A stretch of 64,000 nt of DNA from Eledone cirrhosa (GCA_964016885.1 OZ024765.1:2232001-2296000); one strand, 5' to 3'; positions 28,891 through 44,211 are shown, counted from the first letter of the stretch. The notes: generated from the sequence alone by a model not told the origin. Made by a program: numbers and translations.

Positions 28891-28895
<5 letters not shown>
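28224..28895. mobile_element. Inverted plus direct repeat island (PLE-terminal-repeat-like)
   Basis: Palindrome at 28224-28341, and a direct copy of its right arm plus flank ~511 bp downstream (28793-28895). Arms contain CTGATGAAGGAC. Flanked by (TA)n. Confidence 0.6.
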
Positions 28896-28948
<53 letters not shown>

Positions 28949-29040
28949 TGAGAGAGATGGATGTGTGTGTTTGTTTATATATATATATATATATATATTT
29001 ATTTATATACACATACACATCGACATATATGCGTATACAC

Positions 29041-29093
<53 letters not shown>

Positions 29094-29273
29094 GTTTAAT
29101 TTAAATAAACCGTTATCTTTTCAACCTTTCGGACAGTCATTTGCATACTCCCTCCTAACTTTGTATCCCTCAATAAATGTACTATCTCCACTATCCAGGA
29201 AGCTCCGACCGTTAAGGTTGTCTTTTTTTCCGGGTATCTCAATATTTATTTATTTATTTATAAAACAAATCTG

Positions 29274-29330
29274 TATTTTATCTGATGAAAGCGCACCATA
29301 ATTTGCCCTTGAAATATGTATAATAAAATA
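29274..29330 (+). ncRNA. Type-I hammerhead ribozyme motif (TATTTTAT family)
   Basis: tattttat CTGATGA aagcgca ccataatt tgccctt GAAA tatgta TA ataaaata. The element at 29192-29372 is shared with 46429 and 35050. Confidence 0.75.
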
Positions 29331-29494
29331 AATATGGTTTTATAAATATAGTTTCTATTTATTAATATATTGTATATATATATACATATACTGTGTATAT
29401 ATACACACATATAAATATTTGCATATATATATACACACACACATATATATATATATACATATATATATACACACATATATATATATATACACAC

Positions 29495-29525
<31 letters not shown>

Positions 29526-29646
29526 CACATGTATATATACACATATATACACATATATATATATATACACATTTATATATATTAATATATATACACACAT
29601 ATATATACACACATACACACACACACATATATATACACACATACAC

Positions 29647-29736
<90 letters not shown>

Positions 29737-30340
29737 GTTTTAATATAGAAGAGCTTCTACAGGACTAGAACTGTTTCATTCGTGAGAAATCATCAGGAAT
29801 ATATATATAGTATGTGTGTGGGAGTGTAGGTGTGTGTGTGTGTGTGAGTGTGTTTGTCAGAATCTGTGTCATAACACTTTTCTCACACTCCTGAATATGT
29901 TTCTTTTTTACCTTAACATCCTCCACCACCACCACCACCACCACCACCACCACCACCACCACCACCACCATATCCACACCATCACGACGGCGAACACCAC
30001 CACCACCACCACCACCACCACTACTACCATCACTCCATCATCACAATCACACACCTCCCCCACTACCACCATCACACCACCACTCACGCACCAGCACCAT
30101 CACCACCATCACACCGCCATCATCATCACTACCACCACTACCACCAGCACCATCACCACCACCACCATCACCACCAGTACCAACACCACCACCATCACCA
30201 CCAGTACCACCACCACCATAACCACCAACACCAACACCACCACCACCACAACCACCACCACCACAACCAAGTCACCACGCTCCCACGATCACTACCAAAA
30301 CCCAACTTCACAATCAAACCCACGCACCACACACGGCACT

Positions 30341-31550
30341 ACCACCAACACCACCACTACTACACCTACCCCCACCAACACCACCACTACTACACCTACC
30401 CCCACCAACACCACCACTACTACACCTACCCCCACCAACACCACCACTACTACACCTACCCCCACCGACACCACCACTACTACACCTACCCCCACCAACA
30501 CCACCACTACTACACCTACCCCACCAACACCACCACTACTACACCTACCCCCACCAACACCACCACTACTACACCTACCCCCACCGACACCACCACTACT
30601 ACACCTACCCCCACCGACACCACCACTACTACACCTACCCCCACCAACACCACCACTACTACACCTACCCCCACCAACACCACCACTACTACACCTACCC
30701 CCACCGACACCACCACTACTACACCTACCCCACCAACACCACCACTACTACACCTACCCCCACCAACACCACCACTACTACACCTACCCCCACCAACACC
30801 ACCACTACTACACCTACCCCCACCGACACCACCACTACTACACCTACCCCCACCAACACCACCACTACTACACCTACCCCCACCAACACCACCACTACTA
30901 CACCTACCCCACCAACACCACCACTACTACACCTACCCCACCAACACCACCACTACTACACCTACCCCACCAACACCACCACTACTACACCTACCCCACC
31001 AACACCACCACTACTACACCTACCCCCACCAACACCACCACTACTACTACACCTACCCCACCAACACCACCACTACTACTACACCTACCCCACCAACACC
31101 ACCACTACTACACCTACCCCACCAACACCACCACTACTACACCTACCCCACCAACACCACCACTACTACACCTACCCCACCAACACCACCACTACTACAC
31201 CTACCCCACCAACACCACCACTACTACACCTACCCCCACCAACACCACCACTACTACACCTACCCCACCAACACCACCACTACTACTACACCTACCCCAC
31301 CAACACCACCACTACTACACCTACCCCACCAACACCACCACTACTACACCTACCCCACCAACACCACCACTACTACACCTACCCCCACCAACACCACCAC
31401 TACTACACCTACCCCCACCAACACCACCACCACTACTACACCTACCCCACCAACACCACCACTACTACACCTACCCCCACCAACACCACCACTACTACAC
31501 CTACCCCCACCAACACCACCACCACTACTACACCTACCCCACCGACACCA
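30341..31550. repeat. 29/30-bp minisatellite CACCAACACCACCACTACTACACCTACCCC
   Basis: Direct tandem units with +/-1 C indels. Confidence 0.95.
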
Positions 31551-31875
31551 CCCTGCCCCCTCCAGAAATCAGGTTAAAAGGTGAGGTGATAATAGACTGA
31601 TCTGTCGGTATCAATAACTAGTCGGTGTATCGTCTTATCTGATAGCACACTGTCTTATCCAATGGCAAGTCGACAAAACGAACGGCTAATCGCGTCAACA
31701 CTAGCAATATATAGGTATGTATGTTTGTGTGTGTGTATATATATGTATATGTATGTATATGTATGTATATGTATGTATATACACACATATTTATATATAT
31801 ATGTATATATACAAACATAGATATATATATATATGTATGTACATATATATATATGTATGTATATACACACATATA

Positions 31876-31928
<53 letters not shown>

Positions 31929-32142
31929 ATACACACATATATATGTATATATATATATATGTATGTATATACACACATATATATATGTATATATATATAC
32001 ATATATATATATACATATATATACATATATACATATATATATATACATATATATATATACATATATATATATATACATATATATATATACATATATATAT
32101 ATACATATATATATATACATATATATATATACATATATATAC

Positions 32143-32187
<45 letters not shown>

Positions 32188-32191
32188 CATA

Positions 32192-32232
<41 letters not shown>

Positions 32233-32306
32233 ACATATATATATATACATATATATATATACATATATATATATATGTATATATATATATGTATATATAT
32301 ATATAC

Positions 32307-32339
<33 letters not shown>

Positions 32340-32524
32340 CATATATACATACATACATATACATATACATATATATATACATACATACATATATATATAT
32401 ATACATATATACATATATACATATACATATACATACATACATATATATATATATACATATATACATATATACATATACATATATATATATATACATATAC
32501 ATATATATATATACATATATATAC

Positions 32525-32555
<31 letters not shown>

Positions 32556-32787
32556 CGTACATAGTATAAACAGTCTTTTCCTTATATTTGGTAGCATTTG
32601 ATTGGGACAGAGGACAGGAGCATAGGAGCGGAGGGGGGAGGGGGGTAGTGGTATGGAGCAGGGCGGGGTGTAGGTGGCGTGGCGTGGGTGTGGGTGGGGG
32701 GGCGGGGGGTTAACAGTAAAAAGAACAACCAGTTACACACACACACACACATCTACAAAGACCTGCTGCCGATCTACGAACCTCAAA

Positions 32788-33123
32788 GGTTTCTAGTATA
32801 GGCACGGAGGCCAACCATTTTGGGGGGAAAGTGTTGGGAGGAAAGCCGATTAAATCGACCCAGTGTATTACTGGTACTTTATTTTATCGACCCTATGATG
32901 ATGAAAGGTAAATTAATAATAATTGTTTCTACGTTTGGCACAAGGCCAGCAATTACCCAGTGTATTACTGGTACTTTATTTTATCGACCCCGTAAGGATG
33001 AAAGGCAAAGTTAACCTCGGCGGGATTTGAACTCAGGTAAAGGGCCGTAACTCTATGCTGGTTTCAGATTTAGGCACAAGGCCAACAGTTTGGGGGTATG
33101 GGGGAAGTCGATTAAATCAACCC
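32788..33123 (-). mobile_element. SINE family A, tandem copies
   Basis: Same core as the 25636 cluster. Confidence 0.8.
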
Positions 33124-33149
33124 CATTATATATGCATATATATGCATAC

Positions 33150-33185
<36 letters not shown>

Positions 33186-33229
33186 TTACTTATACATATA
33201 TACATGTACATATATTGACCTACGTGTCC

Positions 33230-33325
<96 letters not shown>

Positions 33326-33630
33326 GTATACATATATACATATATGTATGCATTTATATATATATATATACTTTCATATATATATCTATATATATATATA
33401 CATTCATATATATATATATATATATATATACATTCATATATATATATATATATATATATATACATTCATATATATATATATATATATATATATACATTCA
33501 TATATATATATATATATATATACATTCATATATATATATATATATATATACATTCATATATATATATATATATATACATTCATATATATATATATATATA
33601 TACATTCATATATATATATATATATATACA

Positions 33631-33674
<44 letters not shown>

Positions 33675-33864
33675 TTCATATATATATATATATATATATA
33701 TACTTTCATATATATATATATATATACTTTCATATATATATATATATACACTTTCATATATATATATATACATTCATATATATATATATACATTCATATA
33801 TATATATATACATTCATATATATATATATACATTCATATATATATATATATATATATACATATG

Positions 33865-33982
<118 letters not shown>

Positions 33983-34431
33983 TTCATATATATATATATA
34001 TACACTTTCATATATATATATATATATATGCTTATATATGTATATGAATGTATATATATATATATATATACATATGCTTATATATGTATATGTATATATG
34101 AATGTATATATATATATGCCATATAGTCCGTTTTTATCTATCTATATAGCAAACATGTCCCTCTCTCTCTGTCTGTCTGTCTGTCTCTCTCTCTCTCCAC
34201 CAACGTGGTCTCATCTGCATGTCTGCATGTAACACCTATTGGGAGGTGATTATAGAGTCGTGTGCTATACAATGTCTGGGTCCAAGGCCGCAGATAACAA
34301 CAACAACAACAACAGCAACCAAAATATCAACAGCAGCAGTCACATATGTAGCAGTAATAACAACAACAATAACAGCAGCAGCAGCAGTTATTAATGAAGC
34401 AACAACAATAATAAAACCACCAATAGTCATA

Positions 34432-34516
<85 letters not shown>

Positions 34517-34895
34517 TGCGTGCGTGCGTGCATGCGCGTGTGTGTGTGTTTAATGGTAGCTATGGTGCTTCCACACGCGGTATGCCAGTTGAGCACTCTA
34601 TGTTCTTACAGAGCAGAGTGTGATATAATATAAAACGAAAAATCAGTGATGCATCTAGACTCAGTTTATTGTGTGTTACAAGTGTTTCGCCGGCAGACAG
34701 CTCGAGACACGATCATTCTATGGATCTGTCTGATTCTAGATCTGCGGGTTCGTGGGACAATATATATATATATATATATGTGGGAGGTGAGTTTTATTGT
34801 AGTACAATAAAGCAATGCAGATATCGGATAAGTAGCACTCTACAGTTTGTAGGACTTATTCACAAGTGTTTTTTAACCTTCATATCATGTCTCCC

Positions 34896-34966
34896 TATTT
34901 TATCTGACGAAAACGCAAATGTCATCGCATGATGATATTTGTTTTTGAAATGCGCATAATAAAATA
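34896..34966 (+). ncRNA. Type-I hammerhead ribozyme motif (same subfamily as 5055)
   Basis: tattttat CTGACGA aaacgcaaatgtcatc gcat gatgatatttgttttt GAAA tgcgca TA ataaaata. Confidence 0.75.
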
Positions 34967-34999
34967 CATGGAACTGTTTTAACCATCTTTTGACCTTAT

Positions 35000-35059
<60 letters not shown>

Positions 35060-35201
35060 ATAAGAAAGAATATTTAATTTCTTGGAAATCCGACAAATAT
35101 AAATATAAATGTTTATAACTGATTTAGAGCACTTAATAAGTTCCTGGAGTAAATATTCAATGATATTAAATAAATGGAAACTATATTTATAAAACCATAT
35201 T

Positions 35202-35264
35202 TATTCTATTATGTATATTTCAAGGGTACCAAAACACTTTGGTACGCTTTCATCAGATAAAATA
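35202..35264 (-). ncRNA. Type-I hammerhead ribozyme motif (TATTTTAT family)
   Basis: Minus strand: tattttat CTGATGA aagcgtaccaaa gtgt tttggtaccctt GAAA tataca TA atagaata. Confidence 0.75.
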
Positions 35265-35449
35265 CAAAGTTTGTTTTATAAATAGAGACGTACCCAGGAA
35301 AATCATATCTTATCGGTTGGATATTCTCTGGATAGTGGAAATATATCAGGGATTTTTCAAACTTGTATCGCCAGTCGATCGACTTTTGTCAAATCGGACC
35401 ATGGAAACAATGTTTCCGTTGGTCTTTCCAGTTGCTAGTACTATCTATT

Positions 35450-35584
35450 GGTCGCAACTCCAGGTAGAAGGAGCAACGTGAAATAAAGTGTCTTGCTCAA
35501 GGATACAACACATCAGCCGGTCTGGGAATCGAACTCACAACCACACGATTGCGAATCCAATTGTCTAACCAGTCAGCCACACGC
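35450..35584 (-). mobile_element. SINE family B 5' head
   Basis: Minus strand: GTGGCTGACTGGTTAGAC...GAGTTCGATTCCC...CCTTGAGCAAGACACTTTATTTCACGTTGCTC. Confidence 0.7.
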
Positions 35585-35665
35585 CTATATATATATATAT
35601 GTGTGTGTATATATATATATGTGTGTGTGTGTGTGCGTATATATATGTGTGTGTGTATATATATA

Positions 35666-35719
<54 letters not shown>

Positions 35720-35737
35720 CGTATATATGTGTGTGTG

Positions 35738-35843
<106 letters not shown>

Positions 35844-35850
35844 CTATAGT

Positions 35851-36105
35851 CTGTCTTAAGCCAGAAAGCCCATTAGGTCGGTACTTATCCCAGTTTCTGT
35901 GGTAATAAGTGACTGAAAGTACAAGACTTCCCCCTGGACAGGACACCAGTCCATCGCAGGGTTAAACTCCCAGCTATTACTGGTACTTATTTCCAGCTGA
36001 GTATACTCGAGCAACGTGAAATGAAGTGTTTTGCTCAAGAACACAACACAGCCCAGGAATCGAACTCATGACATTTTGATCGTAAGTCAAACACCTTACC
36101 ATAGG
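35851..36105 (-). mobile_element. SINE family B (near full length)
   Basis: Reverse complement of 48530-48803. Confidence 0.8.
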
Positions 36106-36109
36106 TATT

Positions 36110-36160
<51 letters not shown>

Positions 36161-36302
36161 CGAAGGAGTTGTGGTAAGGAACCAGATGGACCATAACGCA
36201 CCAGCGTACTCAATACTTAGGGTAGTAGAGTCGGTAATAGTTTGGTCATACTTTCTCCTATGTATATATATATATATACATTTATATATATACACACATA
36301 TT

Positions 36303-36333
<31 letters not shown>

Positions 36334-36504
36334 CATATATATATACACATATATATGTACATTAGTATATTCACGAAAACAAATCAATACGGTGTGATCT
36401 GTGATTTATGCAGGGTTATCAACAAAAATCAATACATCTAACAACCATTTGACTATCAAACTTATTGATAAAAATATCCAAAATATATTGATATATACAC
36501 ACAA

Positions 36505-36632
36505 ATTATTTGGGAGGAGGGGACAGTCGATTAAATCGATCCCAGTGTATTACTGGTACTTTATTTTACCGACCCCTTAAGGATGTAAAGCAAAGCTAAC
36601 CTCGCCCGGATTTGAACCCAGAACGGAAGAGA
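36505..36632 (-). mobile_element. SINE family A
   Basis: CCCAGTGTATTACTGGTACTTTATTTTA...GGATTTGAACCCAG. Confidence 0.75.
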
Positions 36633-36749
36633 AACGTAATAATAGAAAGTCTACCACAGATTGTGAAGCTTACCTCTTTGTTGTTGAATTGAAAGACGCT
36701 GTTTAGCGTGGCTTTAAAGTTAATCCAAGTAAATGAAAATTAAGTTCCT

Positions 36750-37360
36750 CATTTCTTCTTCTCTTCCCACTTATTACTGAAAGAGTGATGCGGGCAGAGT
36801 TCTCAAATACTCCCTCCGGTGGGTCCTGTCAGAATGAATCGTCTCCAGCTGATCCATATGGATTCCCAAGCGAAACCAGCTACGCTCATACATGTTGCTT
36901 GGGGTCTACCTCTGGGTCTCCTGCCGGTTGGTTTTGCCCGTAAAATTTGTCCAGAGATTCTTTCCTGAGACATCCTAACCACATGTCCATAGTATCAGAG
37001 CTGTGATCTCTCAATTCGGAGAAGTAGCAGCTCTATCTTGAGCGACTCTCTGATCTCCGAGCTACAAATCTGTCCGGGGATTCTTTCCTGATTCATTCTA
37101 ACCACATGTCCATAGTATCAGCGCTGTGATCTCTCAATTTGGAGAAGTACCGGCTCTATCTTGAGCGACTCTCTGATCTCCGAGCTACAAATCTGTCCAG
37201 TGATTCTTTCCTGAGACATCCTAACCACATGTTCATAGTATCAGCGCTGTGATCTCTCAATTTGGAGAAGTACCGGCTCTATCTTGAGCGACTCTCTGAT
37301 CTCCGAGCTACAAATCTGTCCAGTGATTCTTTCCTGAGACATTCTAACCACATGTCCGTA
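36750..37360 (-). mobile_element. RTE-type LINE 3' fragment with an internal 123-bp unit tandemly repeated ~3.4 times
   Basis: Minus strand: SSEIRESLKIELLLLRIERSQL*YYGHVVRMSQERISGQILRAKPTGRRPRGRP (RTE C-terminal motif). GCTACAAATC recurs at 37061, 37184 and 37307. Short (TTC)n tail at ~36755. Confidence 0.85.
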
Positions 37361-38173
37361 ATATCGAAATTTGCAATCTCTGAAATCTATCCATTATCGA
37401 AATTGTGATATCTCTATTCGAAGACATTTTGAAATTTCTACACGCAATCTTCAGTGAACAGGAAACAGGAAAACGGAAGTAGAGTCCATTTTTTTCACAG
37501 GATTTTTAGAAACGAAAGACACCTCAAACTCAACGAATCCAAACATTCACAAATGACCATTCCTGGTTATTAGTGAATATATCTTTTAATATAATTACAC
37601 AAAGTTTTTACATGTTTAGATTGTAATTTCGATTCCCACCCCGGACAAAAGAATTCTTTCAAATTATTATTATATTTTTGAATAAAATTAAACAAAATTT
37701 GGTCAAATAAATTCTTTTAAATTATTATAATTTTTTGAATAAAATTAACCAATTTTTTTACATGTTTAAGTCGTGGTTTGGATCCTCGCCGTGGATGAAA
37801 GAATTCTTTCAAATTATGATTATTATTTTTCAGTTGGACCAGGGCCTGAAAATAAGTCGAATCAGTGGAGCATCGTACGAGATGTTTTGAGGAATTTAGT
37901 TACGAACCTTTATATATATATACATGATATATATATACATGATATATATATACATGATATATATATATACATGATATATATATATACATGATATATATAT
38001 ATACATGATATATATACATGATATATATACATGATATATGAATAAACGAAATTAATTTTAACCTGTTGACTTCTTGTAATATATATATTTATATATTTAG
38101 ATATATGTATGTATATATGTATATATATATAAATATTATGCATATGTTTTCGATATCATAGAATACCACCACC

Positions 38174-38207
<34 letters not shown>

Positions 38208-38570
38208 TGAGTTGTTTGGCGCTAAACATACTTTCTCTCTCACCTGTCAGGTAGGATTAGCGTGATCTGATTAAAGGGTAAAGTGATAATAATGGAGGGA
38301 GGGGTGGGGGCTGGTGGATAGCAGAGTGGGGGGAGGGGAGAAGGCAAAGAAGAAGAAGAAGAAAAAGAAGAAAAAGAAGAAGAAGAAGAAGAAGAAGAAA
38401 ACGAAAACATTTATATATATATATATCCAGGGGATGTAACTTGGAGTTACTGCAGGTTCACCCGGGAGAGCACTCGATGTTTAGGTTCACTTCTGTGATG
38501 AGGGATAGCATTTTAAAGGGCCCGTCGAGCTGCCGATCATTGAGTCGAGTACGATCGATACAGATCGAAC

Positions 38571-38613
38571 CTAGAGCTAATCAGTGGCGAAACGCGCGTC
38601 ACCTACCAATAAA
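38571..38613 (+). ncRNA. Degenerate PLE-type hammerhead motif
   Basis: CT--AGA gct aatcagt ggc GAAA cgcgc GTC ... AATAAA. The CUGANGA box has a 2-nt deletion; stem III is the palindrome CGCGCG. Confidence 0.45.
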
Positions 38614-38651
38614 TGTAATGAAGGAGTAACCAATCGTCCGTGTTATCCTTT

Positions 38652-38813
<162 letters not shown>

Positions 38814-38875
38814 ACATATTTATACAAATATATATATATATATACACGCGCACACCGCATCGCCATCAGAATCAT

Positions 38876-38941
38876 TACTTTCAACCTGACAGGGTCGATA
38901 AATAAAATACCAGTAATGCACTGGGGTTGATTTAATCGACT
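38876..38941 (+). mobile_element. SINE family A fragment
   Basis: GGGTCGATAAATAAAATACCAGTAATGCACTGGGGTTGATTTAATCGAC. Confidence 0.65.
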
Positions 38942-40232
38942 TTCAAAATAGTTTTCCTTGTACATAAACCAGAAACCATCATCATCACTATCATCACCAT
39001 CATCACCAGCACCACCATCACCAACATCACCACTATCATCACTATCACCACCATCATCACGACCACCACCACCACCACCACCACCACCACCATCACGACG
39101 ACCACCACCACCACCACCATCACGCTCACCACCACCACCCTCACCCTCACCACCACCACCACCACCACCATCACCATCACGACCACGACCACCATCACCC
39201 TCACCACCACCACCACCATCACGACCACCCTCACCACCACCGCCACCACCCTCACCACCACCACCATCACCCTCACCCTCACCACCACCACCACCACCAC
39301 CACCACCACCATACCACCACCACCATCACCCTCACCCTCACCACCACCACCACCACCCTCACCACCACCACCACCACCGCCATCATTACGCCGTACTAAT
39401 CCTATACATATATCTATAATGAGAAAGCTATCCAATTATTTATGAAACCCAAGACTTCACTCGTAGCTCACCAGCTGACAATACCTGACAGAAGATTAGA
39501 CTTCAATCAAAGGAGGAAAACATAATTAAAAATACCTGTTTAATTATCATCAGCATCATCATCATAAACTTCAGCTTCTTCATAATTATTGTTATTGTTT
39601 TAAAAGAGGTGGTGGTTGTGACGGTGGTGGTGTTGGTGGTGGTGGTGATGGTACTGGTGGTAGTGATGTTGGTGTGTGTGTGTTGGTCGTGATGGTGGTG
39701 GTGTTGGTTTTGTGTTGATGGTGGTGATGGTGGCGGTAGTGAGGTGGTGGTGGTGGTGAGGAGGTGGTGGTGGTAGTGATGAGGAGGTGTCGGTGGTAGT
39801 GGTGGTGGTGGTGGTAGTGGTGTTGGTGTGTGTGCGTGTGAATCGTGATGTTGGCGGTGGTGTGGTGGTAGGGGTGTTGGTTTTGTGTTGATGGTGGTGG
39901 TAGTGAGGTGACGGTAATGAGGTGGTGGTGTTGGTAGTGGTGATGGTGGTGTTGGTGTTGGTGTGTGAGTCGTGATGGTGGTGATGTTGGTTTTGTGGCG
40001 GTGGTGGTGTGTGTGTTGGTCGCGATGGTGGTCGTGTTGGTTTCGTGTTGATGATGGCGATGGTGGTGGTAGTGAGGTGGTGGTGTTGGTGGCGATGGTG
40101 AAGGTGGTGGTGTTGTTAAGTGTTTCTGAAGATGTGTTTATGTAGTACAATAATAGGTTTTAAAAGGCTTGGATGATAAACTTCTTGACTCGTATGCCGC
40201 TTGTTTGGCAACTGACTTGGTCTCCGACACCG

Positions 40233-40299
<67 letters not shown>

Positions 40300-40323
40300 T
40301 TAAAATATATATATATACGTAAA

Positions 40324-40416
<93 letters not shown>

Positions 40417-40436
40417 TTAAAATATATATATATACG

Positions 40437-40526
<90 letters not shown>

Positions 40527-40622
40527 AATATATATATGGAGAGAGAGAGAGAGAGAGAGTGATTTTCCTATATATGTATATATATATATATATATATATT
40601 TAATCACATACATACATATATT

Positions 40623-40821
40623 TTTTGTTTTAGTCTCATTCATTCTCAGCCCCACACTCATCGACACAGTCTCAACCTCCCGCATCAAATCCTCTGCCTC
40701 CTTCACTGTATTTGTCACCAAAACTATGTCGTCGGCAAATTCAGCATCCGATACCTTTTTCGCCCCAACTCTCCTGCTCTGAGCCGGTGCTACAGTAAAG
40801 CCAGTGTCCTGGTGTTTCTCC
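40623..40821 (-). mobile_element. Inverted 5' segment of an RTE LINE (RT catalytic motif)
   Basis: Minus strand: [65 protein letters not shown], containing the FADD motif of non-LTR RT. Confidence 0.9.
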
Positions 40822-41499
40822 AGTGTGGGGCTGAGAATGAATGAGACTAAAACAAAATATCTGGTAGAGAATGTTGAGAAACCAGAGGGGATCACTAATG
40901 TAGGCGGGAAGCCGCTGGAATTGGTTGAGGACTTCCTGTATTTGGGAGCAAAGATTGGGAATACGGGAGATGATGTGGTTGAGAGGAAGAGCAAGGCCTG
41001 GGCAGCGTGTCACAGCTTGAGATCGGTGTGGAAGTCGGACCTTCGTAGAGACCTGAAAATCCGCCTCTTCATTGCTGTAGTGGAGTCTGTGCTGCTGTAT
41101 GGGTCTGAGACTTGGACACTGACCAAGAGACTCACTCAGATGGTGGATGGGTGCAACACGAGAATGCTGAGGATGGCTCTGAACATTAATCAGTATACAC
41201 TGAGGATGAAAAACTCAGAGCTGTATGGGAGCATCCCAAAAGTCAGCTCAAAAGTGACACAGAGGAGACTGAGGTTGGCTGGACATGCTCACCGACATCC
41301 AGAGTTGACATTGCACTCAGTGCTCCTTTGGGAGCCCCTACATGGACACACTGGAAGAGGTAGACCGAGGTTAACATATGTTGATGCCCTAAGGACAGAC
41401 ACTGGTCTGTTGGAGATGCAGGATATGGCAGCGATAATGAGGGACAGAGACCGCTGGAGAGAACTCGTCCATGGATCTCGGGAATTTTACCCGCCTTAG
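40822..41499 (+). CDS. RTE-clade non-LTR retrotransposon ORF, C-terminal part (5'-truncated)
   Basis: Stop-free frame: [13 protein letters not shown]...EDFLYLGA...[14 protein letters not shown]...[13 protein letters not shown]...[10 protein letters not shown]...DRDRWR. The stop is followed directly by a (TAGA)n tail. Confidence 0.9.
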   Translation, partial: SVGLRMNETKTKYLVENVEKPEGITNVGGKPLELVEDFLYLGAKIGNTGDDVVERKSKAWAACHSLRSVWKSDLRRDLKIRLFIAVVESVLLYGSETWTLTKRLTQMVDGCNTRMLRMALNINQYTLRMKNSELYGSIPKVSSKVTQRRLRLAGHAHRHPELTLHSVLLWEPLHGHTGRGRPRLTYVDALRTDTGLLEMQDMAAIMRDRDRWRELVHGSREFYPP

Positions 41500-41584
41500 A
41501 TAGATAGATACATATATATTTACATATATATGAACACATACATACACATATATATGGATATGTATATATATATATGTGTGTGTT

Positions 41585-41639
<55 letters not shown>

Positions 41640-42134
41640 ATGAGGGGTGTGTGTTGTATGATCGTTGTACATCGACCATTCTGGGGCAACACATTAAAGA
41701 GATAAAGTCAGTCGACCAAATCGACCCACTATTTCTCCTACACGTTTATTACTTACTTTATCGAACCCTTCTTGTCGAAGCGCTATAGCAACTCAGAAAC
41801 TAATACAGACACAGACAAACGCACACATACACACACACATTCTCACCCTCTCATTGAAATCCTCTTTCTCTCATCCTTTCTCTCTCTCTCTCGCCTTTCA
41901 CTCTCATTCCCCTCTCTTTCCAACCCTCTTAACTCTCCCCCACTCTCTAACCTCTTTATGTACCCCACCCCGTCTCTCTCTCACACCCCTTGTCTCTCTC
42001 ACTATTTCTTTCAATGTATCTATCACCACCCTCTCCACTCTGTCACACACTCTCTCTCTCACTCTCTCTCCATTCTCGCTCTCTCCCTCTCTCTTTCCAC
42101 ACACACACACACACACACACACACTCTCTCTCTC

Positions 42135-42490
42135 TCTCTATCAACACACCCACTCTTTCTCTTTCCATTCATTCTCTCTCTTTCTCTTTCCATTCACTCT
42201 CTCTCTATCTCTGCCCCCTCTCTCTATCAACACACTCACTCTTTCTCTTTCCATTCACTCTCTCTCTCTATCTCTGCCCCCTCTCTCTATCAACACACTC
42301 ACTCTTTCTCTTTCCATTCACTCTCTCTCTCTATCTCTGCCCCCTCTCTCTATCAACACACTCACTCTTTCTCTTTCCATTCACTCTCTCTCTATCTCTG
42401 CCCCCCTCTCTCTCTCAACACACTCACTCTTTCTCTTTCCATTCACTCTCTCTCTATCTCTGCCACTCCCCCCTCTCTCTATCTCTCTCT
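42135..42490. repeat. ~62-bp CT-rich minisatellite
   Basis: TATCAACACACTCACTCTTTCTCTTTCCATTCACTCTCTCTCTCTATCTCTGCCCC, about 5 copies. Confidence 0.85.
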
Positions 42491-43823
42491 TCTTAGTACC
42501 ATTTGATTAATTTGTCTAACTAATCTTTGACCGGAGCCATGTTACAATCTTCAACCACCACCACCAACAACAACAACAACAACACCAGCTTCACTGTCAC
42601 CAACACTACAAACACTAACACCATCGCTGCCACCACCACCACCACCACCACCACACACACTACCTACAACAACATCACCAACAACAACACCATCACCACC
42701 TCCTCCACCACATTACTATCCACATCACCACCACCACCAATTACCACCATCACATATACTATCTATATCAACAACATCATCATCACCAACAACAACAACA
42801 CCACCATTATCACCATCACCACCACAACATACTATCTAGATCAACGCCGCCACCAATCAACAACGAAACCATCACCACCACAACCATCACCATCATCACC
42901 ACAACCAACATCACCATCACCACCACCATCAATCACTACCACCACCACCACCATAAAACCCTACCACTACTACCACCACCACCACCACCACCACAATACC
43001 ACCACCAACACCACCACTACAACCAACATCACCATCACCACCACCACCACCATCAATCACTACCACTACCACCACCACCACCATAAAACCCTACCACCAC
43101 CACCACCACCACAATACCACCACCAACACCACAACCAACATCACCATCACCACCACCACCACCACCACCACCACCATAAAACCCTACCACCACCACCACC
43201 ACCACCAACACCACCACCACCACCACCACCACCATAAAACCCTACCACCACCACCACCACCACCACCACCACCACCACCACCACCACCACCACCACCACC
43301 ATAAAACCCTACCACCACCACCACCACCACCAACACCACCACCACCACCACCACCACCACCACCACCACCACCATAAAACCCTACCACTACCACCACCAC
43401 CACCACCACCACCATAAAACCCTACCACCACCACCACCACCACCACCACCACAATACCACCACCAACACCACCACCACAACCACATATACTATCTACATC
43501 AACATCATCACCACCAATCACCCCCCCTCCACCAATAACTACTGCCCTCCCCCTCCACCACCCTCCACCAATCACCGATACAATGACCTCTTGTCTGCCA
43601 CTCAGATCGATACTTTAGTTAGTCTGTAATCATACTTGTACTCTATTGCTCAATACATACTTATATACACTTGTATATACACACTTATATATACTTATAT
43701 ATATATACATACTCCAGGCATACTTATATATATTATTATACATACTCAATACATACTTGTATATCCTTATACATACATCCATACTCCAGGCATATATATA
43801 TATATATACACACATATATATAT

Positions 43824-43866
<43 letters not shown>

Positions 43867-44211
43867 TACACACACCAACACACACATATATATATACACA
43901 CACACACAGACACACATATATACACACACACACAGACACACATATATACACATATACATACACACATATATATATATATACACATATACATACACACACC
44001 AACACACACATATATATATTCACACATATACATACACACACACAGACACACATATATACACATATACATACACACACACACACATATATATATATACACA
44101 TATACATACACACACACACACACATATATATATATACACATATACATACACACACACATATATATGTATACACATTCATACATACTCAATACATACACAC
44201 ACAGAGACATA

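Noticed and set aside
29816-31600. 594-aa mucin/extensin-like ORF
   Set aside because: Runs through (GT)n, (CAC)n and a 29/30-bp minisatellite whose indels shift the peptide among frames. The lack of stops follows from base composition.
40610-41522. Target-site duplication ATACATATAT around the RTE insertion
   Set aside because: The match lies in low-complexity TA/CA sequence and cannot be distinguished from chance.
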